The notes beneath the pieces were generated by a model, which ran no database searches, was not told where the DNA came from, and saw only the letters and a program-made list of their open reading frames with translations. 64,000 bases of DNA, from the NCBI RefSeq assembly GCF_002087085.1, contig NZ_MWQY01000003.1:1-64000 (forward strand). Reading direction: 5' to 3'. Position 1 is the first letter of the stretch; every line of letters starts with the position of its first letter. Both the position numbers and the translations under genes were made by a program. Positions 11,911-22,255 of the stretch are shown one piece after another.

Positions 11911-14029
11911 CTTTTTCCAGGACCTCGGTGTCCATGGTACTGACCAGGCCGTTAATATCGAGGATCAGAGCGATAGACCCGTCCCCCAGAATCGACGCAC
12001 CGGAGAAGCTCTTCTGTCCCTTGAACATGTTTCCCAGACTCTTTATTACCGTCTGATGATCTCCAAGAACCTCGTCGACCATAATTCCCATGCGCCCGTG
12101 ACTGGTTTCTATAACCACCATCTGTTTACGCCGGCTGTCCTGTTCCGGAATATCCAGGAACCTCGCCAGATGAACGTAGGGTATCAGGCTTTCCCGGTAG
12201 GAAATCAGGCGACGGCGGGTATCAACCTCATCGATGCGTATTTCCATACATGATTCAACTGACGCCAGGGGAATAATAATGGTCTCGGTTCCCACGGAAA
12301 CCGCAAGACCGTCGATTATGGCCAGGGTAAGAGGAAGGGTCAGAATGAAGCTTGTACCTTTTCCAGGTTCGCTCTGGATTGTCACAGATCCGGACAGGGA
12401 CTGAATATTTTTTTCCACAACATCCAGTCCCACTCCGCGACCGGATAGATTTGTAACCGCTTCAGCGGTAGAGAAGCCCGGAGCAAAAAGCAACTGGTAA
12501 GCATCCTCATCGGAGATCTGCTCCCCGGCGTGGATCAGACCTCGCTGAACAGCTTTCTTTCGAATAACATCCGGATCGATGCCCCGTCCATCATCTCTGA
12601 CGACTATCATGACTGCAGCCCCGCTGTACTTTGCTTCCAGGGTGATGGTTCCAGTGGCTGACTTGCCGGCTTTCATTCTGACTGCCGGGAGTTCGATGCC
12701 ATGGTCAGCGGAGTTTCTTATTATATGGACCAGGGGATCATGGATCTTATCAAGCACAGTCTTGTCCAGCTCAGTCTCTTCTCCAATGGTCTTTAACTCA
12801 ATCTCTTTTCCAAGATCCACCGAAAGGTCCCGGACCATACGCCTGAACTGGCTGAAGGTACTCCCAATAGGCAGCATCCGAAGGCTCATGGCATTGTCCC
12901 GCAGATCGTCGATCAGACGTTCCAGCTCTTCGCTGACGGTCAGAAGATTTTCTTCCTCCATCTGGGCCGATATCTGTCCAAGCCGTGCCTGTACGGTAAC
13001 GAGTTCTCCCACAAGATCAATGAGCTGATCGAGTCTCTGGGAGCTCACCCGAAGGGTGTTCGAGACCTGCTGGGTCTGATTCTGTGTTCTGGATTTCTTG
13101 AAGTGCTCCTGAACATGAAGGGCCGACTCAATCTCCGACTTGTCCGCCAGACCCGCATCTTCGATTCTCTGTCCGATAAGCTTCTGGCTCTCAAGCAGGG
13201 ATTTCAGCTCCTTGGGATCAAGGATGCCGCTGTCCACCAGGATTTCTCCAAGCCGCTTGGGCTCTCCCCGTGAATCGATATAATCGGAACTTTTCAGTTC
13301 CTGAATGATTATATCGGATTCGGATTCTACAAAGATAAAAACATCCCGCAACTCATTATATTCGCAGCCTCCGGTCAGGAAGATTTCCCATCCCAGGTAG
13401 AGGGTCTCCGGATTAATTTCAGAAAGACGGGGAATCTCTGCAATATTTGCAAAAACCGTAACCTTTCCAAGATCATGGAGTTCCCGGATAAGAAGCAGCG
13501 GATTTGCCCCGCTGGCAAAGATATCCGAGCGGGGCTTGAAGCTGATCCGGAAGGTCGCTTCTTCCTTTTCCAAACCGGTCCCGCCGGCGGTGTCGGAAAC
13601 GACCGGGGGAGCCTCGTTATCTTCAGATTCCCTTTCCATGCCGGAGATCCTGGAAAGTTCCTTCAGGATAGTCGAACCCTTCTCTTTCAGAGCAGCGTTC
13701 CCGGATCCTGTTTCGTTATTCCGGGTCGCATCGAGAAGATCCCGCAGATGATCCTTTCCCCGGAGGGACAGGTTCATCAGTTCCCGGTTGATTTTGAGGG
13801 TTCCGGAACGGACCTCGTCCAGCACCGTCTCGAAGGCGTGGGCGAATTCGGAGATCTCCTGAAAACCGAACATGGCAGCGGAGCCTTTTATCGTATGGGC
13901 GGCGCGGAATACAGCCTGGATATGCCCTTCGTCATCCGGTTCAGCTTCGAGAGCCAGAAGTTCCTTCTCCATGGAATCCAGAAGTTCATAGGATTCTTCA
14001 ATAAAGGTTTCGATGAAGCGTTTATCCAT
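11897..14029 (-). CDS. cheA: Chemotaxis histidine kinase CheA (Hpt, P2-like, MshEN-like motifs, P3-P5)
   Basis: FRAAHTIKGSA, LDQLIDLVGELV, HIIRNSADHGIE, DDGRG, GFSTA..SGRGVGLDVV, CheW-like C-terminus. Confidence 0.98.
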   Translation of the reverse strand: MDKRFIETFIEESYELLDSMEKELLALEAEPDDEGHIQAVFRAAHTIKGSAAMFGFQEISEFAHAFETVLDEVRSGTLKINRELMNLSLRGKDHLRDLLDATRNNETGSGNAALKEKGSTILKELSRISGMERESEDNEAPPVVSDTAGGTGLEKEEATFRISFKPRSDIFASGANPLLLIRELHDLGKVTVFANIAEIPRLSEINPETLYLGWEIFLTGGCEYNELRDVFIFVESESDIIIQELKSSDYIDSRGEPKRLGEILVDSGILDPKELKSLLESQKLIGQRIEDAGLADKSEIESALHVQEHFKKSRTQNQTQQVSNTLRVSSQRLDQLIDLVGELVTVQARLGQISAQMEEENLLTVSEELERLIDDLRDNAMSLRMLPIGSTFSQFRRMVRDLSVDLGKEIELKTIGEETELDKTVLDKIHDPLVHIIRNSADHGIELPAVRMKAGKSATGTITLEAKYSGAAVMIVVRDDGRGIDPDVIRKKAVQRGLIHAGEQISDEDAYQLLFAPGFSTAEAVTNLSGRGVGLDVVEKNIQSLSGSVTIQSEPGKGTSFILTLPLTLAIIDGLAVSVGTETIIIPLASVESCMEIRIDEVDTRRRLISYRESLIPYVHLARFLDIPEQDSRRKQMVVIETSHGRMGIMVDEVLGDHQTVIKSLGNMFKGQKSFSGASILGDGSIALILDINGLVSTMDTEVLEKDAAG

Positions 14030-14312
14030 TAATCTGTTCCCCGTATCGAACCCCGCTCAACTGAAATTGTTCCAGAACCTTTTCGTTCATGGGGCCCTTG
14101 AATTTCAGTGGAATTTTTCTTTTTTCCACCTCGTTGAACAGAGAGACGAAGAGTTGTATTCCTGCGGTATCGATCTCTTCTATTTGAGATACATCCAGAA
14201 GGACTCCCTCGGAAGACTCGTTCAAGGCTTCCAGTAATGAGGATTTCAGGTCCTTAACAGTATCAATAACGCATCTGGTTCCAATGGGCACAGTAAGCAC
14301 AGCTTCCTCCAC
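14022..14312 (-). CDS. STAS-domain protein (anti-sigma antagonist-like)
   Basis: LLDVSQIEEIDTAGIQLF motif; 96 aa; overlaps the cheA start. Confidence 0.85.
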   Translation of the reverse strand: MEEAVLTVPIGTRCVIDTVKDLKSSLLEALNESSEGVLLDVSQIEEIDTAGIQLFVSLFNEVEKRKIPLKFKGPMNEKVLEQFQLSGVRYGEQING

Positions 14313-14339
14313 ACCGACAGCAGTTCCTGTTACACTGAA

Positions 14340-14368
14340 AGTATAGCAGACAGGAAAAGCAAACGCAA
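14340..14368 (-). promoter_or_regulatory. sigma70-type promoter for the STAS-cheA cluster
   Basis: TTGCGT-17 bp-TATACT with extended -10 TGc. Confidence 0.6.
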
Positions 14369-14380
14369 AAAAGGGCTCTT

Positions 14381-16135
14381 TTAGATAAAATAATCGACAT
14401 CTATATAGGATGCAAGCTGAATGGAGGATTCCAGAAAACCGGCCTTTCGTTTTTTAATAACCATGCGCAGCAGGGCTAGCTTGTTTTCCGGATCGATCTT
14501 GAGTCCCCGCCAGTAGAAGGGATCATTTGGGGAAAGACCTGTCTCGTCGGCAATAGTACCGGGGTACACCTTCTCCACTACATAACTTTTTTCCCACAGT
14601 GCAGCCCCTGTCTCCTGAATCTTCATACCGAACAGGGGGAGTACAAGTTCCTTTTCAGCTCCCATCCTGTGGGCTTCCAGCACCGGGGAATGGGGACGTT
14701 CAGCAAGCACCATATATACCGTTTCCCGTGTCCCGCCCTGTTGTTCCCATAGGGTTTTGAGCAGATTTCCCGGTCGTTCCCGTACAAGTATGGCGTTTAC
14801 TTCCCGTAAACTGCTGACTGCCTGTCCATTCACCGAAACCAGGCGGTATCCCTCTTTTATCCGTGCATTATCAGCAGGGGATCCCGGGACTGTATACAGA
14901 TTGATCAGGCCATCTGCCCCTTCATGCAGTGCAGAGCCTATCCAGGAATGCCGGACCTCTCCTCCCGCATACATTTCAGAAAGAATGGCCTGGAGCCAGT
15001 AGACGGGAACGGCGAAATTGATCCCCTCAAAGAATTCAATCCCCGCAAAGACTATTCCCACAAGGCGGCCCTGTTCATTCATGAGCGGCCCCCCGCTGTT
15101 TCCCTGGTTTATGGGTACATCTATCTGCATGGCCTCGCCAAGCTGAAGAAGACGACGCTCAGTAGCAGAGACAATACCCGAAGTGATGGTTTTTTCCAGC
15201 CCTCCGGGACTACCAATGGCATAAATGGTTTCACCCAGACGCGGTGTCCGTTTACCGGGACTGAATATATAACCGGGAGTGATTTCCGCTTTCAACAGGG
15301 CAAGATCCAGTATAGGATCCCAGCCCACTACCCGGGCCGGAATTCTGGGAGAACGACTGTCACCCCTTCGAATAAACAGGCGGGAGTATCCTTCGTATTC
15401 CGGATCAACCTCGCTGGCTATTACATGGTAATTGGTTATAAGGTAGCCGTTTTTATCGACAAAGAAACCACTGCCTATAACCCGGTCGGGGTATCCCATT
15501 CCTCCCTCGATCCGGATACCCCTGTTTACCCAGATCGTTACCGTGGAATCAATTATGCCCGGCAAATCTCCGGTTATTTTTTCCTCAGGATCATCAGGCT
15601 CAGCCTCCAGGTATTCAGACCATTCCCGGTACCCTGAATTCCTTGCAGCCTCAGCAAGAAAGCCCAGATCGTCATATCTTACAAGCCCTGAGGAAAGTGC
15701 CTCTGCGGCCTGGGCGAAAGCCGGAATCAGCATCTCCTTTTCTACCAGTCCATGAAGCATGTCCAGGTACAGTTCTTTTCTATCAGGGCCTTCCTCCAGA
15801 GACAGCTCCAGTAGTTCCGCCGCCCGGGAAAGACGCAGGGCCGCGTTGAAATCCGAGGCCTCAACCGCCTTATGGAACTCCTCGGAGATCATCTGGTCAA
15901 TTTCTTTACGGTAGGTACTGTGTTCGTCTCTTCCAATGAGACCGCGCTTGTGCAGAATATCAACGGTTTCCAGGGCCCGGAGGGGTTCCCTGCTATCCAT
16001 CAGACGCTGCAACTCCTGAAGATTGATTTCCCGTACATCCGGGATTTCCGGGAGGACAGGTCCGCTGGCACAGGATACGAGAATAAGAAGAATAATCAGT
16101 ATGGATACGAACTTACACCGTTGAATAATAAGCAT
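14381..16135 (-). CDS. HtrA/DegP-like trypsin serine protease with PDZ; predicted lipoprotein
   Basis: Lipobox-like ILLILVSC; triad motifs TNYHV, DLALLK, GNSGGP; PDZ-like PGSPADNARIKEG. Confidence 0.9.
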   Translation of the reverse strand: MLIIQRCKFVSILIILLILVSCASGPVLPEIPDVREINLQELQRLMDSREPLRALETVDILHKRGLIGRDEHSTYRKEIDQMISEEFHKAVEASDFNAALRLSRAAELLELSLEEGPDRKELYLDMLHGLVEKEMLIPAFAQAAEALSSGLVRYDDLGFLAEAARNSGYREWSEYLEAEPDDPEEKITGDLPGIIDSTVTIWVNRGIRIEGGMGYPDRVIGSGFFVDKNGYLITNYHVIASEVDPEYEGYSRLFIRRGDSRSPRIPARVVGWDPILDLALLKAEITPGYIFSPGKRTPRLGETIYAIGSPGGLEKTITSGIVSATERRLLQLGEAMQIDVPINQGNSGGPLMNEQGRLVGIVFAGIEFFEGINFAVPVYWLQAILSEMYAGGEVRHSWIGSALHEGADGLINLYTVPGSPADNARIKEGYRLVSVNGQAVSSLREVNAILVRERPGNLLKTLWEQQGGTRETVYMVLAERPHSPVLEAHRMGAEKELVLPLFGMKIQETGAALWEKSYVVEKVYPGTIADETGLSPNDPFYWRGLKIDPENKLALLRMVIKKRKAGFLESSIQLASYIDVDYFI

Positions 16136-16164
16136 GCTTTAATCGTCCTTGCTCGTTAAGGGCT

Positions 16165-17772
16165 TCAGTTGCCGTTATAACTTTGATAATCGATTTCTCC
16201 GTCCTGATCCCAGTCCCATTCATGCAGCCCCCGGGAGGGATAATAGAGATATTCTGATATCCCGTTCTCATCCTGATCAAGATAAACTCCATAGAGGGAA
16301 TTGTCACGGTATATTTCACGTATCTCCGGTTTTCCATCCCCGTCGAGATCCCGTTCAATGCGCTTATCGCTGCCTTCCGTCAGGCTCCTGATGCGTGTGC
16401 CGTTCTCTTCCCTTACAGTCATCCCCGAAGCATCACCCCGGGTAGTTCCGCGGGCGTCATTCTCGACATAACGGTAGGCAAGTTCCCGCAGTTCCGTATC
16501 GGCGGGGATTTTCCCTGAATCTGTCCCGACGAAGGGCGGGAGATGCTCATGGTCCACAACATCCAGGTTGAGAACCGATTCGGCGAAATTGAACTCCCAT
16601 ACAAGATCGGAGTTGTCTATTTTTATCCCCCGGACTTCAGGATACCTTCCGTATTCAATGGTATATCTTCTGTCATCTTTCAACAGAAAAAGGGTTTCAG
16701 GCTCTGATAAAACTTCACGGTTTTCAGTAAACTCGATGATAATCTCCTGCACGGCATCCTGATCCAGGTCTTTTCTGACCTCTGCCAGCTGCCCGTCTTT
16801 CAGGATATACATGCCGTCATCGTATTCATCGCCGTTCCGGTCTTCGTATACGACAATGCGCCGATGAGCGCAGAAATCCCGGAACTCCTCCAGCCGTTGT
16901 GCGTCTTCGAAGAGAAGGTATATCTGGCGAAAAACAGATAAACGCCTCAGGTTTTTCTCTGTCAGCAGGACGCTGATGTCCGGACTGCTTTCTTCTTCAC
17001 CTTCAGTCGTGCTGAAATCCCGGAGAATAATAATTCGCGGATCCCCATAACCAAGGTCCAGGTAACGCTGCAGAAGCTGCATTCTCAGATCGCCGGTGGA
17101 TTCGAGGACAAGAGTACGAAGCAGGAGTTCCGAGGTCTGGCTGCCCCCCGGAGCCAGGGCTTTATCGATCAGGGAGCGTCTGTAAGCCGGGTCAATTTCG
17201 GATCTCAGGGCTTTGATCTCCTCATGCCTGGGGAACAGTCGGGTTCCCTTCCTGGCAAGCTCGCCGGCATCATCCAGCCGGCCTGTGGCTAAGGCGGAGC
17301 GCAGGGCGAAATAGTACCAGCCTCCGTCAGTCCTTTCGGACTCAGTCAGCGAATGCAGCGTGTTCCACATATCATCGTAACGCATGAGTTGATCGTACTG
17401 TTCAACCAGGAGGAGCAGCGCGCTTGCCGGATCCGTAAAATGCCAGGTATCGCTGTCCAGGGCGTTTTCCAGTTCCTCCGCGGCCTTTCGTATTGACGAT
17501 CCCTCTTCCAGTATTCTTCGGGCCTTGAGATACCGCGCGTCGGAGTTATCAGGATCAAACTCCAGAGCCGCCTCTATAAGCGAGGAGGCGGCGTCCGTCT
17601 CCGTACTCAGGTCAAGAGCAACCTGAACGTAGGCTCTGGAAAGAGCTTTGTCCCTGTCAAAGCCCGACTCTGTAAACACGGAAAAAGATCCCGCCAGAAG
17701 CAGTATCAGGGAGAACAGGGCTTTAAACCTTGCCGGGAGGCTCCAGAAAACTTGTCTGTTTGCTATTATCAT
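16165..17772 (-). CDS. Exported hypothetical protein with TPR-like N-terminal half and DxDxDG-type repeats
   Basis: ORF track begins at 17841 but ATG 17772 precedes a hydrophobic signal; ALEFDPDNSDARYL is TPR-like; DRNGD, DLDQD, DLDGDG, DQDENG, DWDQDG motifs. Confidence 0.75.
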   Translation of the reverse strand: MIIANRQVFWSLPARFKALFSLILLLAGSFSVFTESGFDRDKALSRAYVQVALDLSTETDAASSLIEAALEFDPDNSDARYLKARRILEEGSSIRKAAEELENALDSDTWHFTDPASALLLLVEQYDQLMRYDDMWNTLHSLTESERTDGGWYYFALRSALATGRLDDAGELARKGTRLFPRHEEIKALRSEIDPAYRRSLIDKALAPGGSQTSELLLRTLVLESTGDLRMQLLQRYLDLGYGDPRIIILRDFSTTEGEEESSPDISVLLTEKNLRRLSVFRQIYLLFEDAQRLEEFRDFCAHRRIVVYEDRNGDEYDDGMYILKDGQLAEVRKDLDQDAVQEIIIEFTENREVLSEPETLFLLKDDRRYTIEYGRYPEVRGIKIDNSDLVWEFNFAESVLNLDVVDHEHLPPFVGTDSGKIPADTELRELAYRYVENDARGTTRGDASGMTVREENGTRIRSLTEGSDKRIERDLDGDGKPEIREIYRDNSLYGVYLDQDENGISEYLYYPSRGLHEWDWDQDGEIDYQSYNGN

Positions 17773-19627
17773 CAGGAAACCCCAATAGTTGCCGGATTTC
17801 TTTATCGTCAAGACTCTCTTTGGCCACCAGGTGCTCGGCAAGCCTGGTCAGCTGATCTTTATGCTCGCTCAGGAGTTTGGTCACGGAATCAAGACAGGAT
17901 CGCAGAATATCATGTATCTCGCCGTCTATTTTCTCGGCGGTTTTTTCAGAATAGTCCTGGTGTCTGGCTATCTCCTTGCCGAGGAAAATGGGTTCCTCCT
18001 CTCCCCCGAAAGTGACAAAGCCGAGGGAATCACTCATGCCCCATTCACAGACCATTCGCCGGGCTATTTTTGTAGCCTGTTCAATGTCGTTCTTTGTTCC
18101 TGTGGTCGTCTGATTGTAAATCAGCTTTTCGGCCACATAACCGCCCATGGTAATCTTAATCCTGTCCAGCAGCCAGTTTCGGTTGCGGGAGTAGGTCTCT
18201 TTTTCGGGAAGACTCATGGCAAGTCCCAGAGCCTGCCCGTGGGGAATCACCGTAACCTTGTGGAGAGGATCGGCATTCTCCAGATAGTAATGAAGAAGAG
18301 CATGGCCTGCTTCGTGGTAGGCGGTCATCAGCTTGTCTTCCGGAGAGATAACCCGGGATCTTCGTGCAACCCCCAGGAGGAGTTTATCCCGGGCCTCCTC
18401 AAAGTGCTTCATGTTAACGGCACTGGAGTTCTCCCGGGCGGCAAAAAGGGCTGCTTCGTTTACGAGATTTGCCAGATCGGCTCCCGAGGATCCCGGTGTG
18501 GCCCGGGCAATCCGGTTTATATCCACATCCTCGGAAAGAGGGACCTTGCGGGAATGTATATTGAGTATCGATTCCCGCTCCTTGATATCCGGCATATCAA
18601 CAACAACCTGCCTGTCGAAGCGTCCAGGTCTGAGGAGGGCGGGATCAAGAACATCCGGACGGTTCGTCGCAGCCAGAATTATCACCCCGTCCTTGGTGTC
18701 AAAACCATCCATCTCCACCAGCATCTGGTTGAGGGTCTGTTCACGCTCGTCATGACCGCCCCCGTAGCCGGCTCCCCTGGTCCTGCCGACGGCATCCAGC
18801 TCATCGATAAACAGAATGCAGGGGGCATTCCGCCGTCCCTGCTCAAAGAGGTCCCGGACCCTGCTTGCACCGACGCCGACGAACATTTCAACAAAATCCG
18901 AGCCGGACATATGAAAAAACGGTACCCCCGCCTCCCCTGCGCAGGCCTTCGCCAACAGGGTCTTTCCCGTTCCGGGCATACCAACCAGAAGCACTCCCGT
19001 TGGAATACGGGCTCCGATTTTGGTAAATTTCTGGGGGTTCTTCAGGAAGTCCACAACCTCCTGGAGTTCGTATTTTGCTTCGTGCTGCCCGGCAACGTCG
19101 TTGAAGGTAATCTTTGAATCGTTTTCCAGGTACTGCTTTGCCCGGCTTTTTCCGAAGGAGAAGGCTTTGTTTCCACCTCCCTGGACCTGTCTGAACATGA
19201 ACCATATAAGGAAAAAACCGATAAGCCATGGCAGGGACTGAAGAATGATCATAAACGGCGAAGGTGATTTCCGTCCCCCCCGGACAATAACTCCGTTGTC
19301 CCGCAGAAGAGGCATCAACTCCTCGTCAGGATAGGGTATCCTGGTAATGAAACTTCTGTTCGTACCATACTCGCCGCCCCGAAGGGTACCCTGAATCTCG
19401 TTGTAATCCAGAATCGTGACGGTATCTATCTGTCCATCCGTCAGATACCGGAAAAAAGTGGAGTACGGCAGCTCCATGTCGCTGTTCCCTGTATCAAACA
19501 GAAAAATGAGGGCAAAAAACACAATGAGACTCGCCACAAAAATCAGGGCAAAGCGGTTATTGTTAAAATTGAAAGGAAACCAGTCAGGTCCGCCCTGACC
19601 GCCTCCCGGCTTTTTCTTATCGTCCAA
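17723..19627 (-). CDS. ftsH: ATP-dependent zinc metalloprotease FtsH
   Basis: Two TMs, Walker [27 protein letters not shown]. Confidence 0.99.
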   Translation of the reverse strand: MDDKKKPGGGQGGPDWFPFNFNNNRFALIFVASLIVFFALIFLFDTGNSDMELPYSTFFRYLTDGQIDTVTILDYNEIQGTLRGGEYGTNRSFITRIPYPDEELMPLLRDNGVIVRGGRKSPSPFMIILQSLPWLIGFFLIWFMFRQVQGGGNKAFSFGKSRAKQYLENDSKITFNDVAGQHEAKYELQEVVDFLKNPQKFTKIGARIPTGVLLVGMPGTGKTLLAKACAGEAGVPFFHMSGSDFVEMFVGVGASRVRDLFEQGRRNAPCILFIDELDAVGRTRGAGYGGGHDEREQTLNQMLVEMDGFDTKDGVIILAATNRPDVLDPALLRPGRFDRQVVVDMPDIKERESILNIHSRKVPLSEDVDINRIARATPGSSGADLANLVNEAALFAARENSSAVNMKHFEEARDKLLLGVARRSRVISPEDKLMTAYHEAGHALLHYYLENADPLHKVTVIPHGQALGLAMSLPEKETYSRNRNWLLDRIKITMGGYVAEKLIYNQTTTGTKNDIEQATKIARRMVCEWGMSDSLGFVTFGGEEEPIFLGKEIARHQDYSEKTAEKIDGEIHDILRSCLDSVTKLLSEHKDQLTRLAEHLVAKESLDDKEIRQLLGFPDDNSKQTSFLEPPGKV

Positions 19628-21038
19628 TCCCTGTCTCCATCCGTTGTATACTCAGTACATCCCCTGCCTGCGGGGCCGGAAAATCCTGATAGCCCTCGGC
19701 AAGAACATCCCGGTATCCGAAAAGCGATCCGAAGACGGCCGCGACCTCGTCTCCAACCTGCAATACCGGTATTTTATCCCGGGAATCCTCGGAAACACCG
19801 AGTTCCCTGTATATGTCCTTAAGTCGTTTGCTTCCCCCGGGGGTCCGAATTGAATCAGACAGCCGTCTGCTTCGCAGGAAAAGAGTCTTTCCGCGACTGC
19901 TCTCCGTCAAGGCAAGTGCAGTCCCGTGCCCCTCAGCAGGCATCCGGGACCCCCAGGAATAGCGGAACTCAGCAATGGTACCGTCACTTCCCCGGAATAT
20001 TCTCTTAACATATCGTGTTTTAACGGGAAATACAACCGAGGGGACAAAGATGAGTCGGGCATCCTCTTTGCGGAGGGTAAAACCGTGGCCCCGGAGCAGA
20101 ACAGCATTTTTTCTGTAGTATGAAAGCTCCTTTACGGAAAGAAAATCCCGGGGCACCCGGGAGCTTCCTGGCAGATAGTAATGAATCAGCGATAATAGAC
20201 TCCTTACCCGCAACGCTTCAGGGGCGGAGAAAAAAACCGGGACATCCGTCTCGGCCCTGTTCTTACCAAGGGACCAGGGGATTCTTCTGAGCGCCTCCTC
20301 CTGTAAAACAGCCTCTTCCTGGCGGAAAAAGCGGGCCGATTTTCCCAGACTCCCGGCCATGGAGGGAAACTCCCGGGCCAGCACTGGTATGAGTTCGTTT
20401 CGAATCCGGTTTCGCAGATACCAGTCCTCCCGATTGCTGCTGTCCTCGCTGAAGGGCAGCCCGAGCTCCCGGACAAGCTCTCCCAGTTCTGCCTTGCTGA
20501 CTTCAAGAAGCGGTCGGATTCTGTTGCCGCGAAGGGGGGGAATACCGTGTAAACCCGAGACACCGCAGCCCTGAAAAAAACGCATAATCATGGTCTCCAC
20601 CAGATCATCCAGGGTGTGCCCCAGGGCGATGTATCCAAGATTCAGCCTGTTCAGCCAGACATCAAGGGCTTCATATCTGGCCCGGCGTGCCGCAGCTTCC
20701 ACACCTTCGTGCAGCGCGGAGGCGGATCGTGCTATGTCATTCTCCGGAACATCGATTCGATGTACTGGTACCGAACACAGCCGGGCTGCCGCGCGCAGTC
20801 CGCTCCAGTCTTCTTCTATCTCTTCTCCGGTTCGAAGATTGTGGTTTACGTACAGGGCATGGAGAGGCAGTTCCTTTTTGTTGAAGTCACGGTAGCGGGC
20901 CAGGGCAGCCATGAGGGCGGTACTGTCAATTCCGCCCGAGGCAGCTATGAGAATGCCCTTCGCGGGATCTATATTCCAGCGTTTGAAATAGACGGACACA
21001 GCCCTGTATACTTTCGAACTACTCTTTAGCGGTTCCAT
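19617..21038 (-). CDS. tilS: tRNA(Ile)-lysidine synthetase
   Basis: PP-loop SGGIDS, NHNLR, EAAARRARY, DSSN..YLRNRIR; C-terminal TilS domain. Confidence 0.95.
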   Translation of the reverse strand: MEPLKSSSKVYRAVSVYFKRWNIDPAKGILIAASGGIDSTALMAALARYRDFNKKELPLHALYVNHNLRTGEEIEEDWSGLRAAARLCSVPVHRIDVPENDIARSASALHEGVEAAARRARYEALDVWLNRLNLGYIALGHTLDDLVETMIMRFFQGCGVSGLHGIPPLRGNRIRPLLEVSKAELGELVRELGLPFSEDSSNREDWYLRNRIRNELIPVLAREFPSMAGSLGKSARFFRQEEAVLQEEALRRIPWSLGKNRAETDVPVFFSAPEALRVRSLLSLIHYYLPGSSRVPRDFLSVKELSYYRKNAVLLRGHGFTLRKEDARLIFVPSVVFPVKTRYVKRIFRGSDGTIAEFRYSWGSRMPAEGHGTALALTESSRGKTLFLRSRRLSDSIRTPGGSKRLKDIYRELGVSEDSRDKIPVLQVGDEVAAVFGSLFGYRDVLAEGYQDFPAPQAGDVLSIQRMETGIGR

Positions 21039-21633
21039 TATATTTATTCATTACCCGGTCAAGGGGAAGTCGGGTCATTTCCAGTACAGCATCCGCTGCT
21101 CTGCTGATACCCTGCCTGAATTCGGAAAGCTCTTCCCCGAGGGGAGCCGACAATACCCAGGAGATAACCTCTTTTTTCTGATCCGGTCTGCCTATTCCTA
21201 CAAAGAGGCGTTTAAATTTGTCCGTTCCCAAAACGGAGATGATGGACTCGAGCCCCTTCTGACCGGCGGAAGATCCCCTTTGTTTTATCCGTATAATCCC
21301 GGCGGGAAGATCAAGACTGTCGCAAACGACAATTATCTGTTTTGGTGCCGCCGTATAACGCTGCAGAATATCGGGGACCACCTTGCCGGAAGCGTTCATG
21401 TACGTCAGGGGAGCTGCAAGTACCAGGCGACAAAAGCCTTCCCCGGTTGTAATATCGGTACATGCAGATCGCCACGGACGAAAAAAGGGCTTGGTAAACT
21501 TCAGGGAAAGCCTTTCTGCAAGTTCTTCCAGAACAAGAAACCCGGCATTATGCCGGGTTTTCTCATATTCCCTTCCAGGATTTCCAAGTCCGAAGACTAT
21601 CAGCACATCTCGGGGATTACTCTTCACCCTCAC
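21019..21633 (-). CDS. pth: Peptidyl-tRNA hydrolase
   Basis: GLGNPGREYEKTRHNAGF, TYMNASG, VGIGRP. Confidence 0.97.
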   Translation of the reverse strand: MRVKSNPRDVLIVFGLGNPGREYEKTRHNAGFLVLEELAERLSLKFTKPFFRPWRSACTDITTGEGFCRLVLAAPLTYMNASGKVVPDILQRYTAAPKQIIVVCDSLDLPAGIIRIKQRGSSAGQKGLESIISVLGTDKFKRLFVGIGRPDQKKEVISWVLSAPLGEELSEFRQGISRAADAVLEMTRLPLDRVMNKYNGTAKE

Positions 21634-22255
21634 CTTCTGCAGATCCAGCCGCCACTTTGGCTTCAGCAGTTTCTTCCGCCTCCTCTGCTGTTTCTACGGC
21701 ACCGACCTTAACAGCGGTAATAGCTACAATGTCGTGATCTTCAGGAGTCAGAATCCTGACGGAATCGCTGACAGGTATATCGGAAACATGAAGGGCGTCA
21801 CCGATCTGCATTGCCGCTATGTCGAGGACAAAAGACTCCGGGATATCCTTGGGAAGGCACTCGATCTCCACATCGTGAAGCTGTACTTCGACAATCCCGC
21901 CGTTCCGCACACCCTGGGGCACACCTTCAAAATGGACAGGCACGTTGGTACGCAGAACCTTTCCCTGCTCGATTTCGTAAAAATCGATATGAAGAATACG
22001 GTTCTTGATCATATCTTCCTGGTAGTCCTTGACCAGAACATCGTATTTTTTGCCCTTATCTACCGAGATGTTGATAATTGTGTTTTCACTGACATTGTGG
22101 AATTTCTTCTCGAATTCCTTTGAACTTATACTTATGCTGACAGGTTCGCTGTGTCCGTAAATTACTGCGGGGATCATGCCTTCATTGCGCAGCCGCCGGG
22201 TTACGGTTTTCTTTGTGTCGGGCCGCTGGTATCCGGCCAGGGTTTTCTGTTCCAT
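21617..22255 (-). CDS. rplY: 50S ribosomal protein L25/Ctc (long form)
   Basis: RRLRNEGMIPAVIYG, HIDFY, TL5-like C-domain with acidic tail. Confidence 0.97.
   Translation of the reverse strand: MEQKTLAGYQRPDTKKTVTRRLRNEGMIPAVIYGHSEPVSISISSKEFEKKFHNVSENTIINISVDKGKKYDVLVKDYQEDMIKNRILHIDFYEIEQGKVLRTNVPVHFEGVPQGVRNGGIVEVQLHDVEIECLPKDIPESFVLDIAAMQIGDALHVSDIPVSDSVRILTPEDHDIVAITAVKVGAVETAEEAEETAEAKVAAGSAEGEGEE

Noticed and set aside
17789..19117. 442-aa plus-strand ORF
   Set aside because: Antisense shadow of ftsH with no recognisable motif; codon bias in conserved genes produces such stop-free frames.
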